Shown here piece after piece: positions 31,520 to 43,277 of a stretch of DNA of 64,000 nt. Under the pieces are notes generated by a model. The model was not told the DNA's origin. It did no database searches and saw only the letters and a program-made list of their open reading frames with translations. Position 1 is the first letter of the stretch. Each line of letters opens with the position of its first letter. A program made the translations under genes and the position numbers. The stretch lies in sequence record SRR31156797_482; one strand, 5' to 3'.

Positions 31520-32788
31520 ATGGAAAATGGGAAAAATAGCTACGACTGTGAGGTAGGAAACAAGACGATTGTTATTAGTGGTATGCTAGATTTTGATAAG
31601 TTAGCAGAGTTTCACGAGTTGGAACACCTTCCGTTCTTTCTTGATGAAGAAAAAATCGGAATAGATTCGACAGTGAGACAAAAGCCTTTGCGTACTAATA
31701 CTGTAGCAGAAGTACCTGTACATTTTGGTTTCCCTAAAAAATAATGCCCTACTTTTTGTTACTGATGATTACAGTGTTAGCTTTACTCCATGGAAAGAGA
31801 TATGGTTGTAAGACTCACTGGCAATATGAGTGAAATGGATGGTGCCATTACAGTTTCAACAAATGAAAAGCATTGCGCTGTATCCAGTAGAGATAACTAT
31901 ATGCAAATCTTCGATCTTAACTTTTTTACCCAAGCATTCCATATGGTTACCCTGCCTGCAATGAAGATAAAGAACACCAACTGGCGTGGCTTTCAAAGGG
32001 TACCATTATCGAGATTACCTATAACAGGGATTACAGATTACCTATCAATCCAGAATGAAGAAAAATCTGATGATCCATAGAAGGCTACAGATGAATACCT
32101 CTTCGAAGGATATTATACCCCATCATCTCTTTCTGCAGACAAAAAGTTACTTGTAGTCCAAATAGAGGGATATTCCCCCCGTGTTCAGATCTGGGAGAAA
32201 CGTCTTCTTGCGTGTCGCAAAACAATTTTTGCAAGTGGGTTAAAGGCTATATCTCAAGATGGGAAGCACCTTTTGCTGCTGTCACCTAATTATTCCTGTA
32301 GCATCTATAACACAGATAGTGACGAGGCAATTAGCGTGACAGAAGTAGAAGAAACAACTATTCACCTTGCTGGTGCAGACCCAAAAAAATCACTTTGCAC
32401 TTGTTTGCAATACTCAAATTGCCATTATTGAAGCGGAAACGGGGCAGTCGGTTGTTTACATTAATGGACATCGGATGCCTATCGCCTCTATAGCGTTCAG
32501 CCAAGATGGAACAACGGAGGTGAGCGGAGGTGACGATAGAGCTTTGAGAGTTTGGGATCCTGCGGCAGGTGAAGAGCTGTATAGGCACGACTGGGGGTAA
32601 GTATCCTGTAGAAAACGTTTGTTTTTCCTCTGATAGCAGAACACTGATAAGCGTTGATGCAAATTCAAAAATTTATTATTGGACACTTTGGTCCTTAGAA
32701 AAACTTACGGTACACAACAGAGCAATACGCGCTACCTCTGACTGAGAAAGAAAAAAAGAGAGATAACCTTAAAGCAAGAGACGAGTAG
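31520..32788 (+). pseudogene. Decayed WD40-repeat gene
   Basis: Fragments in shifting frames: SSRDNYMQIFD, SADKKLLVV...VQIWE, SQDGKHLL, GH.MPIASIAFSQDG...SGGDDRALRVWD, VENVCFSSDSRTLISVD...IYYW; internal stops and frameshifts. Confidence 0.7.
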
Positions 32789-33314
32789 GGGAATTTCAAC
32801 CTTGTTATGACTCTCATTTCCCTGCGATATCCTTACTCCTACAGAGTGCGGGTAAAAACGGCTTAAGGAAGAACAACTGGAAATCGAAGTATGGTATTAA
32901 CCTGGCGGGTGCACTTTCGATATTGCCCATCCGAGCAAACCGGACCGTGCCCGATAAACATTGATGTAAACGGTACCATCGGTTCTGCGATTTCCATGAA
33001 CGAGGCCTATCACATTTTGAGATATGACACAAAAATACTACTCCAAGCCCTCTCTTCTATTTAGTATTTTTTCCGTTACAAAGGGAAGTTAGCTTGCCTT
33101 CCCAGACATATAGTGCTACAATAAATACATGCCACCCTGTAGGACAACGTCGATATTTATTGGAGCGTTCCAGGCTTTTAGAAAAATATCACTTTAAAGC
33201 CTCTCAAGCTTTTTTCCGGTTCTTCAGAATTAGCTATACACCTGATGAGCCATAAGTATAAGCCTTAACAGTTCAGTTAATCCTAAAAACAATAATTGAA
33301 AGAAGGGGGATACA

Positions 33315-36152
33315 GTGGAACCAAAAATCGACTATCTCAAACAAAGGCTCGACACATTCTTCTTCCTGAAGAATTCAGTTTTCTACCACACCACATATCT
33401 CATAGTTTTTTATGTGTGCCTCGTATCAGTAGCCTTGCCGACTCTTGCAGGAGCTGCGATAAGCTTTACTGAGACTACGCAAGAGGCAGGCCTGACCTAT
33501 ACCGGCCCCACTTGGGGTGCGCAGTGGACAGACTATAACGGGGATGGTTGGCCAGATCTTTGGGTTACCAATCATGAGTCGAAGGAGCCAAACCTCTATC
33601 TCAATATGGAGGATGGAACATTTGACGAGATTTCTGGCAGTATTTGGGATCAAATACCATATCCATATGTTGACACACATGGTGCCGGCTGGGCAGATTT
33701 TGATAACGATGGAGACCAGGATGTGCTGGTCAGTGGCGGCACATCTGATGAGAGCAACCTTTTTTTCATAAACAACAATGGAATCCTTTACGAAAGGGCT
33801 GAAACATACGGCGTCTCATTTACTGAAAATCGTGGGCGCATGCCATTGTGGCTGGACTTCGACAATGATGGGCTTTTGGATGTTTATTTAAATGGCATCG
33901 TTCCTCCATATCTAGCATATGCTGGCTTGTTTCAACAGAATGCAGCAACTGGTTTTTTTGAAAATGTAAATACCTTGATAGGATTTGAGAACCATGGTGC
34001 TGTATTTAGCATGCTGTCTGATCTTACGGGCGATGGGGTTTTGGATATTATCACCTATGATGGCGGGCCACAATTTCCGAGGTATGTATATAGCATGGCA
34101 ACCATCCCTTTCGCGGAGCATCGGGATGAGATATTCCCGCCTGACACTGGATATGGCGCTGACGCAGCTTTCGCAGATTTCAACGGTGATCTTCTCCAGG
34201 ATCTTTATTTGGTAAGAAGCGGAGGAGACGAACACGCCGCACAGGTAACATCCACTAAGCTGGCAACGAATATTGTAAGCAGTGGCTGTGGGTGTGAGAA
34301 AGGAATAACATTCAAAGCCGATGGTAAGGTGAGAATTTTATTTTCAGTGCAGGCCTCATCTAAAGGCCACCCTTTCTACATTGGTTCTTCAGGGCTCTCT
34401 CCAGAATCATTCCCATCCTATATCTCTCCAAATGACCCACGAATATGGGGCATGTCGCCTCGAATTCCTATCTATTTAGAACTGGATCCTGACGATCCAA
34501 GAGTGAATGGTATTTATCCCCATGAACCAGGTATCGATGTTGGTGTGTATATTGGCTTTGATACGAATTTGAATGAATGGAAAATAGTATCTTCACAATC
34601 TCTTGACGAAACGTTTTGGTGTAAATTTACCGTTGAAACCGATAGTCCAGTAACTGATTTTAATCCGTTGAATATTAATATGTTTATACCAAATGCAGAC
34701 TCCCTTTATATTCACAATGGATCTCAGTTGGAGGAAATATCATTACAACAAAGCGGCATCAATGAACGTTTACCAGGAAGAAGTGTTGTTGCAGGTGACT
34801 TTGACAATGATATGGACATCGATCTTTATGTGATGAATTCTTTAAAGGTCATGAATATACCTAATACTCTTTTAGAGAATGACGGAACTGGTGTGTTTAC
34901 CGAAGTTCCTCTCGCAGGAGGAGCGGAAGGGACCTTGCTGGGAACAGGGAGTCATGTCGTTACTGCCGATTATGACCGTGATGGTTTTCTGGACTTGTTC
35001 CTCACTAATGGGATGTACCCATCACCTTTTGATCATTTAGGACCTCTTCAACTTTTTAGAAATACTGGCAATAACAATCACTGGATTGAAATCGACTTAG
35101 TCGGCACGACTTCCAATAGGGATGGTATTGGTGCTCGCGTGCTTGCGACTGCAGGGGGTGTGACGCAGTTGCGTGAGCAAAATGGCGGCATGCACAAGTA
35201 TTCACAAAACCATACGCGCATCCACTTCGGTCTTGAGCGAAATACGACCATACAGCGCTTAGAGGTACAATGGCCTAGTGGGACTGTTCAAGTGCTAGAA
35301 AACATTGAAGCTGATAAAATTATCCAGGTTGTAGAATCTTCGGGTATTCCTCAGGATAAATGTAATCCGTATGGAAAGCCCAATTACAATCCAGCAACAG
35401 AGGATGGAATTTTTCTGTGGAAAGAAGGAAATGTTTGGCACTTGAGAGCTGTAGCTGGATCCAGTGGGTGGCAAAAGTACATTGGCAGCATAGTTTCTGA
35501 TATGGATTTTGTCAGTGTCACTCCAGTCAACTTTGAGAGAAATGATATTCTCGACAACTCTAACCCTCAGGAGATTACATTTAATATAAATATGGCTCGG
35601 CCTTATTTCGATGGGATTGATTTCGTGGTTCCAACCGGTGCCAGGGTCTCTCTTGATGTTCAAGTGAACAGTGGGAATGCTACCGAACTCGTCTTTATTG
35701 GTGGAGGCCGATGTCCCGTAGATCAGCTTCCTTACCTGTTACAGCTTGGAGCATCGAATAATTGTGAGCCGAATGGAGAGCCAAATTACAATCCAGCAAC
35801 AGAGGATGGCGTTTATCTTTGGAAAGAAGGAAATGTTTGGCACTTGAGGGCTATAGCAGGATTCAGTGGGTGGCAAAGATATACAGGCAGCATAGTTTCA
35901 GATATGCCGCTTATCAGTGTAACACCTGTCGATTTAGAGAGATGGGGGGATAATCTGGACACCTCTGATCCTCGAGAGATTATATTTGATATTCAAATGT
36001 TGAGGTCTTGGCTCGACGGACTTGACTTGGAGGTTCCAGCTGGTGCCACCATCTCTTTTGATGTTCAATCGACAAATGGGAATGCTGCCAATCTCGTATT
36101 TATCGGTCGGGATCGATGTTCTGTAGATCAGCTACCCTATCAGCTACCCTAA
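33315..36152 (+). CDS. CRTAC1-like FG-GAP/VCBS propeller + ASPIC/UnbV protein with duplicated C-terminal domain
   Basis: Repeated DxDxDGxxD motifs; NRDGIGARV...SQN...IHFGL...V.WPSG (ASPIC); two ~130 aa C-terminal repeats. Confidence 0.9.
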   Translation: MEPKIDYLKQRLDTFFFLKNSVFYHTTYLIVFYVCLVSVALPTLAGAAISFTETTQEAGLTYTGPTWGAQWTDYNGDGWPDLWVTNHESKEPNLYLNMEDGTFDEISGSIWDQIPYPYVDTHGAGWADFDNDGDQDVLVSGGTSDESNLFFINNNGILYERAETYGVSFTENRGRMPLWLDFDNDGLLDVYLNGIVPPYLAYAGLFQQNAATGFFENVNTLIGFENHGAVFSMLSDLTGDGVLDIITYDGGPQFPRYVYSMATIPFAEHRDEIFPPDTGYGADAAFADFNGDLLQDLYLVRSGGDEHAAQVTSTKLATNIVSSGCGCEKGITFKADGKVRILFSVQASSKGHPFYIGSSGLSPESFPSYISPNDPRIWGMSPRIPIYLELDPDDPRVNGIYPHEPGIDVGVYIGFDTNLNEWKIVSSQSLDETFWCKFTVETDSPVTDFNPLNINMFIPNADSLYIHNGSQLEEISLQQSGINERLPGRSVVAGDFDNDMDIDLYVMNSLKVMNIPNTLLENDGTGVFTEVPLAGGAEGTLLGTGSHVVTADYDRDGFLDLFLTNGMYPSPFDHLGPLQLFRNTGNNNHWIEIDLVGTTSNRDGIGARVLATAGGVTQLREQNGGMHKYSQNHTRIHFGLERNTTIQRLEVQWPSGTVQVLENIEADKIIQVVESSGIPQDKCNPYGKPNYNPATEDGIFLWKEGNVWHLRAVAGSSGWQKYIGSIVSDMDFVSVTPVNFERNDILDNSNPQEITFNINMARPYFDGIDFVVPTGARVSLDVQVNSGNATELVFIGGGRCPVDQLPYLLQLGASNNCEPNGEPNYNPATEDGVYLWKEGNVWHLRAIAGFSGWQRYTGSIVSDMPLISVTPVDLERWGDNLDTSDPREIIFDIQMLRSWLDGLDLEVPAGATISFDVQSTNGNAANLVFIGRDRCSVDQLPYQLP
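35361..36149 (+). repeat. Intragenic tandem duplication (period 402 bp)
   Basis: AATTACAATCCAGCAACAGAGGATGG and TGGAAAGAAGGAAATGTTTGGCACTTGAG each occur twice; repeats start at 35361 and 35763. Confidence 0.9.
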
Positions 36153-36795
36153 CTATGAATAGGGATATTTTGATAGTGCGCCATCAGCACGGCCAGCCAT
36201 AGCATTACGGTAGAGAATAAGTGAGCCAGCTTTTGAGACCACCACTTTATGTTTTTTTTTGACTTACTTCACAGGTTCAATGGTTCCACTCAGCTCCCCC
36301 AGTAGGTGGGGGAGCTGAGTTCTTAAATGTTTCTCAACATTTAAGGTCAAACATATAATATTTTTCAGTTTAGGAAACCTGCATATCTCAACTTTCATTT
36401 TTTTCACAACTTTTGGTTTTGTCGCTACTAAATGCATATCGAGACGTTGGATACAGACCGACATCTTTCTTTTGAGACAAGTTGACTAACAGCACCGTAG
36501 CCGAAACACACATCTTTGTTGACATTTTCAGGTTTGGCAAACCACGGTTTGCAAGGAGCCATCTGCATCCATTCAGGGAAAAACCACAAAAAATAACCTT
36601 TTCTACTGCCTCCCTGGTAATTACGGCCATATACTGCCCCTGTGTATGTTCATGGGGAGGTGTCCCAAGAACTATCTAAGGTTAAGAACACAAGCATAAG
36701 ACAAAATAGAAAAAGTCATCTAATGGTAGTACCTCGTGGGCTCTCTCGCTCCAACAACAGCTATTCGTATTTTCAGACATTTCATTTTTCTAATT

Positions 36796-38190
36796 TTATT
36801 CTTCTATGGCTAAGCCGCCACCAAGGACTTTGTATAAGTTAATCTGGTTGGCCAATTGTTGCCTGTGGGTCTCAATAGCGACTTGCTGTGCGGTAAAGAG
36901 GCTGCGTTGAGTGACAAGGACATTAAGGTAATTGTCAATACCTTGACGATAACGGTTCAAAGAAAGATCATAGGAGTCCTGGCTTGCAGCCACAAGCATT
37001 CGTTGCGCCTCAAGCTGTTTCCCCAGGGTCTCACGGGCAGCGAGTTCGTCTGCTACCTCGCGAAAGGCTGTCTGCACAGCTTTTTCATATGCTGTGACTG
37101 CAATCTTTTGATCTACCTCAGCTACTTCCAGGGTTGCTTTATTTTGGCCGGCATTAAAAAGAGGAAGTGAAAAAGAGGGACCAAATGTCCAGCCTCCTCC
37201 GTCAAAGAGGTCACCAAGATTTCCACTTGCATAACCAAGCTGCCCGGTGAGGGCTATACGCGGGTAAAAATTAGCACGTGCTGCACCAATATTTGCACCT
37301 GCCCCCCGAAGATTATATTCAGCCTGTTTGATATCAGGCCGCTTTAACAATACCAGCGAGGGTAGCCCGACAGGTATATCCTGTAACAGCCCAATACTGC
37401 TAAGGTTTTCCTCAAAAGGTATATCATCAATACTGTGAACACCCAATAAGAGAACAAGGGCATTCTTATCAAGTTGCACTAACCGACCAAAGCGAATCAT
37501 GTCGGTGCGGGCAGTTTCTACAGATATACGGACTTGTGCGATGTCAAGCTTTGTTGAAAGACCAAAACTATAGCTTTTGGTTATAAGATCATAGCTTTTA
37601 TTTTGCGCAGCAAGGGTCTCTTTGGCCAGCTTCAGATTTTCCATATCAGTCACTAATTGCAAGTAGGAAACAGCAATCTGTGAAATTAGGGATATCGTAA
37701 GGCTCTGTTGCGCTGCTTCTGTTGCCAAATAGCTATTTAAAGCCACCTCGCTCAAATTCTTAATGCGGCCAAAGAAGTCGAGTTCATAATAGGGTACGGC
37801 CAGGCCAACCCTATAGAGTTCAGTGACCATATCCCCGTCAAAATCACCCTGCAGGTTAGCATCAGCGTCTGCATTTATTTTTGGATAAAGGTCTGCTCTT
37901 TGAATATCATAAACTGCGCTGGCTCTTTCAATATTCAGAATTGCGGTTCGCAAGTCTTTATTATTTTCAAGACCTAATGAAATAACAGTTTGCAGTTCTT
38001 GTGATTTAAAAAAATCTTTCCAAGGGATTTCACTCGTGAGCCGGGTCTCGGTACCTTCTTGTTCTGCCAAATCAGCTACTTTATTCCATGATGGTGATGT
38101 CATGTCCTGGGGTTGCAGGTACTCTGGCGAGAGGGCACATGATGAGAGTAAAGTGCACCCCAGGAGTAAAGTGAGATATTGTTTTTTCAT
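36796..38190 (-). CDS. RND efflux outer-membrane lipoprotein (OprM/NodT family)
   Basis: Lipobox LSSC, ELDFFGRI, RPDI..AE..L..A.ANIGAARA.FYP, LYK.LGGG. Confidence 0.93.
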   Translation of the reverse strand: MKKQYLTLLLGCTLLSSCALSPEYLQPQDMTSPSWNKVADLAEQEGTETRLTSEIPWKDFFKSQELQTVISLGLENNKDLRTAILNIERASAVYDIQRADLYPKINADADANLQGDFDGDMVTELYRVGLAVPYYELDFFGRIKNLSEVALNSYLATEAAQQSLTISLISQIAVSYLQLVTDMENLKLAKETLAAQNKSYDLITKSYSFGLSTKLDIAQVRISVETARTDMIRFGRLVQLDKNALVLLLGVHSIDDIPFEENLSSIGLLQDIPVGLPSLVLLKRPDIKQAEYNLRGAGANIGAARANFYPRIALTGQLGYASGNLGDLFDGGGWTFGPSFSLPLFNAGQNKATLEVAEVDQKIAVTAYEKAVQTAFREVADELAARETLGKQLEAQRMLVAASQDSYDLSLNRYRQGIDNYLNVLVTQRSLFTAQQVAIETHRQQLANQINLYKVLGGGLAIEE

Positions 38191-41100
38191 CTATTTTCCC
38201 TCATCGATCAGCTGAGCCGTATCCGGCATTTTTTTGCTACGAAATTGAGATATTTTTTCGAACAGAACAAAAAAGAGCGGTACGAAAAATATTGCCAGAA
38301 ATGTTGCAGAGAGCATACCGCCAATAACCGCAATACCAATGGCATTCTGAGAGGCGGAACCTGCCCCTGTGGACCTGGCGAGAGGTACAACACCAAGAAT
38401 AAATGCCATGGAGGTCATGATGATTGGTCTAAATCTCAGCTTAGCGGAGGTGGTGGCAGCCTTAAAAAGGTCCATACCATCCTCATGCAGTTCTTTTGCA
38501 AATTCAACGATGAGAATGGCGTTTTTTGCACACAAACCAACGGTGGTAAGAAGTGCTACCTGGAAGTAAATATCGTTGCTGAGTCCAAAGACAGTGGTGG
38601 CGACAACTGACCCGACAACGCCTAAAGGTACTACAAAAAGTACGGAGAATGGAATTGCCCAACTTTCATAAAGTGCTGCAAGGCTCAGGAAAATAATAAT
38701 GAGAGAAATTGCATAAAGGGCACCTGCCTGAGACCCTGAAAGTTTTTCCTCATAGGAAAGACCAGTCCAGGCATAACTAATTCCATCGGGTAGAGTCGCG
38801 GCAATTTTTTCCATCTCCGCCATGGCCTCACCACTACTCACACCTGGGGCCGGGGCTCCCTGAATATTCATGGAAGAACTACCGTTAAATCTCTCAAGAC
38901 GAGGGGAGCCATAGGTCCAATACGCATTGACTATGCTGGAAAAAGGTACCATTTCTCCAAGGGAGTTTTTCACGTACCATTTATTTATATCATCGGGCTG
39001 CATACGGTAGATAGCATCACCTTGAACATATACTTTTTTTATACGACCACGATCAATAAAATCATTTACATAGCTTGAGCCCCATGCCGTTTGCAAGGTG
39101 GAGTTAATTTCACTGATAGAGACACCAAGGGCTCGGGCTTTCTCCATATCCACATCGAGTTGGTACTGTGGAACATCATTGAGTCCATTAGGTCGAACCC
39201 CAACAAGTTTTTGATTTTGGCTGGCCGCCCCCAAAAGTTGATTTCTCGCTGCCATCAACTGCGCATGGCCGAGCCCCGTCTGATCGACGAGTTGAAAATC
39301 GAAACCAGAAGCATTACCAAGGGCAATGATCGGTGGTGGATAGAAGGCAAAAATCAAGGCGTCTTTGTACGGTGCCATAGCGCCCATAATGCGACCTGCA
39401 ATGGCTTCCATGGACTGGTCGGGATTTTTACGACTCCCCCAGTCTTTGAGCATAATAAAGCTGATACCAGCGTTTTGACCGTTACCTGCAAAGGAAAATC
39501 CGGTAACAGTCAAGAACTCGTTAATATTGCTGTCTTCTTGTTCAATTAAATACTTTTCAAGAAATTTCATTGCCTCAACGGTTCTCTCTGCTGACGCACC
39601 AGCCGGAGTGGAAACCATGGCAAAAAGTACCCCTTGATCCTCATCAGGAAGAAAACCTGTAGGAATCTTTTGGAACATAAAAAAAAGCCCTGCACAGACA
39701 AGGCCGTAGACGACAAGAGATCTCTTCATTCTCTTGGACATAAAGCCTGTAGAACTTTGGAAACCATCCCGCGTTTTATTAAAGTATTTATTAAAGAAAC
39801 CAAAAAAACCGGTGGTTTTTTCTTCATGCCCTTTTTTAACTGGTTTAAGCAGGGTTACACACAGGGTTGGTGTAAAAATAATGGCAGTCAAGACAGACAG
39901 TGTCATGGCAGAAACAATAGTAATTGAAAACTGCCTATAGATCGCACCAGCCGAGCCGCTGAAAAAGGCCATCGGTATGAACACAGCAGAAATTACCATG
40001 GCAATCCCCACCAAAGCCCCTGTAATTTGATCCATGGATTTTCTGGTTGCTTCCAGGGGCGAGAGCCCCTCCTCACTCATAACACGCTCAACGTTTTCCA
40101 CGACCACGATAGCATCATCCACCAATAAGCCAATGGCAAGTACCACTGCAAACATGGTCAAGGTGTTGATTGTGAAACCGAAAACATTCAAAATGGCAAA
40201 GGTGCCCAGAAGAACAACCGGTATCGCAAGCGTAGGAATGAGTGTTGCTCTGAAATTTTGTAGAAACAGAAACATTACAAGAAAGACCAAAATAATGGCT
40301 TCAATCAGTGTATGAAAAACGCTCTCAATAGAGATTTCAATAAATGGAGTGGTATCGTATGGGAAACTATACTCAACACCTTCTGGTAAAAACTCTGCAA
40401 GTTCAGCAATTTTGGCTTTAACACGTTTTGCCGTTTCAAGAGCATTGGCACCAGTGGCAAGGCTAATACCCAGCCCGCCTGAAGGACGGGTTACATGACG
40501 CACGATAGTGGAATAGTTTTCATCACCTAAGGAAACACTGGCTACATCGCGAAGACGGACCTGAGAGCCATCGGTGTTGACACGTAGAATTATATTTTCA
40601 AACTCCTCTACATTTTTCAAACGAGATTGAGCCAGGACGGTGGCGTTAATTTCCTGGCCTTTCACTGCTGGCAACCCTCCAATTTGCCCTGCAGAAACAT
40701 CGATATTTTGTTCACTAATAGCCTGAACCACTTCATTGGTTGAGAGCTGAAAGCTATAGAGTTTGCTAGGGTCAAGCCAAATGCGCATGGCATAGGGGGA
40801 GCCAAAAACATTCACACTACCCACACCGGGTACACGGGACAGAGTATCTGAGATATCAGATGATACAATATCAGAGAGGCGTCCCTGAGTCATTTCACCA
40901 TCTGTAGAGTAAAAGGAGGCAACGAAGAGAAAGCTTGACGACGATTTCTCTACCACAACACCCTGTGCCTGTACTGAAGCAGGAAGCAGGGGCAGTGCCG
41001 TTTGGACCTTATTTTGCACCTGCACTTGTGCAATATCGGCATCAGCCGCTGGTTCGAAGGTTACAGTGATGGTCACCTGGCCGGAAGAATCGCTCGTTGC

Positions 41101-41340
41101 TGCAAAGTAACGGAGGTTATCAATCCCGGTCAGACTCTGCTCAATAACCTGGGTAACGCTGTTCTCAACAGTTTCTGCAGAAGCGCCTGGGTAGAAGGCA
41201 TTTATAGTAACCTGTGGTGGAGCAACGACCGTAGGGTATTGCTCAACAGGCATGAATTTAATCGTGAGTGCACCAGCCAGCATGGTCAGGATAGCAAGCA
41301 CCCACGCAAAAACTGGTCGATCAATAAAAAAACGAGACAT
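38191..41340 (-). CDS. HAE1 RND efflux permease (AcrB/MexB-like)
   Basis: [49 protein letters not shown]. Confidence 0.96.
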   Translation of the reverse strand: MSRFFIDRPVFAWVLAILTMLAGALTIKFMPVEQYPTVVAPPQVTINAFYPGASAETVENSVTQVIEQSLTGIDNLRYFAATSDSSGQVTITVTFEPAADADIAQVQVQNKVQTALPLLPASVQAQGVVVEKSSSSFLFVASFYSTDGEMTQGRLSDIVSSDISDTLSRVPGVGSVNVFGSPYAMRIWLDPSKLYSFQLSTNEVVQAISEQNIDVSAGQIGGLPAVKGQEINATVLAQSRLKNVEEFENIILRVNTDGSQVRLRDVASVSLGDENYSTIVRHVTRPSGGLGISLATGANALETAKRVKAKIAELAEFLPEGVEYSFPYDTTPFIEISIESVFHTLIEAIILVFLVMFLFLQNFRATLIPTLAIPVVLLGTFAILNVFGFTINTLTMFAVVLAIGLLVDDAIVVVENVERVMSEEGLSPLEATRKSMDQITGALVGIAMVISAVFIPMAFFSGSAGAIYRQFSITIVSAMTLSVLTAIIFTPTLCVTLLKPVKKGHEEKTTGFFGFFNKYFNKTRDGFQSSTGFMSKRMKRSLVVYGLVCAGLFFMFQKIPTGFLPDEDQGVLFAMVSTPAGASAERTVEAMKFLEKYLIEQEDSNINEFLTVTGFSFAGNGQNAGISFIMLKDWGSRKNPDQSMEAIAGRIMGAMAPYKDALIFAFYPPPIIALGNASGFDFQLVDQTGLGHAQLMAARNQLLGAASQNQKLVGVRPNGLNDVPQYQLDVDMEKARALGVSISEINSTLQTAWGSSYVNDFIDRGRIKKVYVQGDAIYRMQPDDINKWYVKNSLGEMVPFSSIVNAYWTYGSPRLERFNGSSSMNIQGAPAPGVSSGEAMAEMEKIAATLPDGISYAWTGLSYEEKLSGSQAGALYAISLIIIFLSLAALYESWAIPFSVLFVVPLGVVGSVVATTVFGLSNDIYFQVALLTTVGLCAKNAILIVEFAKELHEDGMDLFKAATTSAKLRFRPIIMTSMAFILGVVPLARSTGAGSASQNAIGIAVIGGMLSATFLAIFFVPLFFVLFEKISQFRSKKMPDTAQLIDEGK

Positions 41341-41393
41341 ATTTTGTCCTTTTCTATGGTTTGGTACTTTGTGACCTTAAAAAAGTATCATCA

Positions 41394-42518
41394 CTACTTT
41401 TTTGCTTCAGCAGCAGGAGTTACAACAACCGGTGCATTTGGACGGAGCTTCTGAAAACCTTCCGTGATTACGGTGTCACCTACCTTGAGTCCTTTACTGA
41501 CAATCCAATTGTTTCCATGGGTCTCTTTTGCAACAATGGGAACCCGCTGAGCAGTACCTTTATCATCAATAATCCAGGCATTCATCTGTCCTCCGGGGCC
41601 AAGAATGCCTGCTTTTTGAGGGAGAAGAAGAGCATCCACGGTGTCAAGAAGCAGGGTTGCGCGCACAAAGAGGCCAGGAAAAAGAATCTGATCAGGGTTA
41701 GGGAAAATGGCTCGGAGCTCAACACTGGAGGTTGTTGGATTAACGGTTACTTCGGAGAATTGGAATTGCCCCTGATGTTCATAGGTGAATCCATCACCTA
41801 AGTCCAGGGTAACCATTACCTGGTCTGTATTTTTTGACATTTCCCGGAGGCTGAGAACCTTTTTTCGGGATTCCTGCATATCTACATAGATGGGATCAAG
41901 CTGAGTTACCTGGGCGAGAAGAGTCGATTGGTTGGCGGTAACAAGAGCACCTTCAGTGAAATTTGACTTACCAATCTGACCGCTAATCGGAGAATAGACC
42001 TTGGTGTAATTAAGATCAATCTCAGCGGACTCTATCGCGGCTTCAGCAATCGCAACAGAGGCCTTCGCATCTAGCAGAGCGGCCTTGGCATCATCATAGT
42101 CCTGTTCACTTACCACACTCACTTTCAGCGACTCACGATAGCGCGACTCCTTGGCAGCTATGGAGGCAAGATTGGCTTCAGCACGCAGCAAATCTGCCTT
42201 AACCTTGTTATATACAGCCTGGTAAGGTGCTGGGTTGATTTGATAAAGCTGTTGCCCTTGCTCAACCATCCCGCCTTCAGTGAAAAGTCGTTCTGTTATA
42301 ATACCGGTAACCTGCGGTCGTATTTCTGCAACTTTATAGGCAACAGAACGGCCGGGAAGATGTTGAGTCAACTGAATTGTTGTTGCTTCGAGCGTTATCG
42401 CAGAAACAGGAACACCGCGAGGGGCTTGCCCACCTTCTTTTGCTGCAAAACTTGGTTGAAGAGTGGCGACAAGTGTAATGGCGATAGCAATAAGAGGTAA
42501 AAGAGTCTTTGGTTTCAT
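41394..42518 (-). CDS. RND efflux periplasmic adaptor (AcrA-like)
   Basis: AEIRPQVTGII, LNYTKV.SPISG.IGKS..TEG, QLDPIYVD. Confidence 0.94.
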   Translation of the reverse strand: MKPKTLLPLIAIAITLVATLQPSFAAKEGGQAPRGVPVSAITLEATTIQLTQHLPGRSVAYKVAEIRPQVTGIITERLFTEGGMVEQGQQLYQINPAPYQAVYNKVKADLLRAEANLASIAAKESRYRESLKVSVVSEQDYDDAKAALLDAKASVAIAEAAIESAEIDLNYTKVYSPISGQIGKSNFTEGALVTANQSTLLAQVTQLDPIYVDMQESRKKVLSLREMSKNTDQVMVTLDLGDGFTYEHQGQFQFSEVTVNPTTSSVELRAIFPNPDQILFPGLFVRATLLLDTVDALLLPQKAGILGPGGQMNAWIIDDKGTAQRVPIVAKETHGNNWIVSKGLKVGDTVITEGFQKLRPNAPVVVTPAAEAKK

Positions 42519-42546
42519 GATAAATTTCCAGAAATGTATAAAACGA

Positions 42547-42564
42547 TGGTTAACAAGTTAACTA
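42547..42564. promoter_or_regulatory. Putative MarR operator upstream of adaptor gene
   Basis: Palindrome TGGTTAACAAGTTAACTA; second copy at 43034-43051. Confidence 0.65.
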
Positions 42565-42579
42565 GTGCCACAAAAAAAA

Positions 42580-43014
42580 TCACTTTTGGCTGTTTTCAAT
42601 AATTTTTCGCAGGATTTTTTTTAGCGTCTCAATATCCTCAGGTTCGATTCCTTCTCCGCATTCATTGAGATTGTCTTGAGCCAGGATAACCAGCTTTTCG
42701 TATATGTTTTCTCCTTCTTCAGTGAGATAGACAAGCTTTGACCGACCATCATTATGATCGGGTTTGCGACTGACAAAACCTCTCTTTTCAAGACTTGAGA
42801 TCAGCTTAAAAGCCGCAACCTTACTTATCTCAAACTTGTCAGCAATGTTTTGCTGCGAGATACCATCCTGGCGATGAAGAAGAATGAGCATCCCATATTT
42901 TTCAGGACTTATATCAAATCCAGCTTGTAAAAATTTTTGATGTAGTCTTTCCCGCACCCTCTTTGAAGCAACAACTAAAAAAAAAGCATACGAAGTAAAA
43001 GGATCATAGCGCAT
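42580..43014 (-). CDS. MarR family transcriptional regulator
   Basis: wHTH with LE.RG.V.R.....DGRSK.V.LT..G. Confidence 0.92.
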   Translation of the reverse strand: MRYDPFTSYAFFLVVASKRVRERLHQKFLQAGFDISPEKYGMLILLHRQDGISQQNIADKFEISKVAAFKLISSLEKRGFVSRKPDHNDGRSKLVYLTEEGENIYEKLVILAQDNLNECGEGIEPEDIETLKKILRKIIENSQK

Positions 43015-43033
43015 TTGTGTTCTCCGTCTAAAT

Positions 43034-43051
43034 TGGTTAACCTGCTAACCA
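43034..43051. promoter_or_regulatory. Putative MarR operator upstream of marR
   Basis: Palindrome TGGTTAACCTGCTAACCA, downstream of a minus-strand TTGACA (43066-43071). Confidence 0.65.
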
Positions 43052-43277
43052 TATCTATATTCTCGTGTCAATAAAATATTTGCACAAAGGGACAGTACTC
43101 AAAAGAGAGACGAAAAAGTACGACAAAGCCTTTAAATAGGAGCCTTACCCTTCCAACAGTTCGGAATGGTATATATTATTTACGATTTTGAACGACCAAA
43201 TTGACCATCAAAAAAAATGGAAAAGGGAAATGTATAAGAAGCAGCAAGAGTCTTATTTTGGAGTTGGATAAATAAGG

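Noticed and set aside
36230-36612. IS remnant between the FG-GAP gene and the efflux operon
   Set aside because: IS-end-like words (TTTTGAGAC, TTTTCTACTGCCTC) occur but no paired TIRs or transposase similarity could be supported
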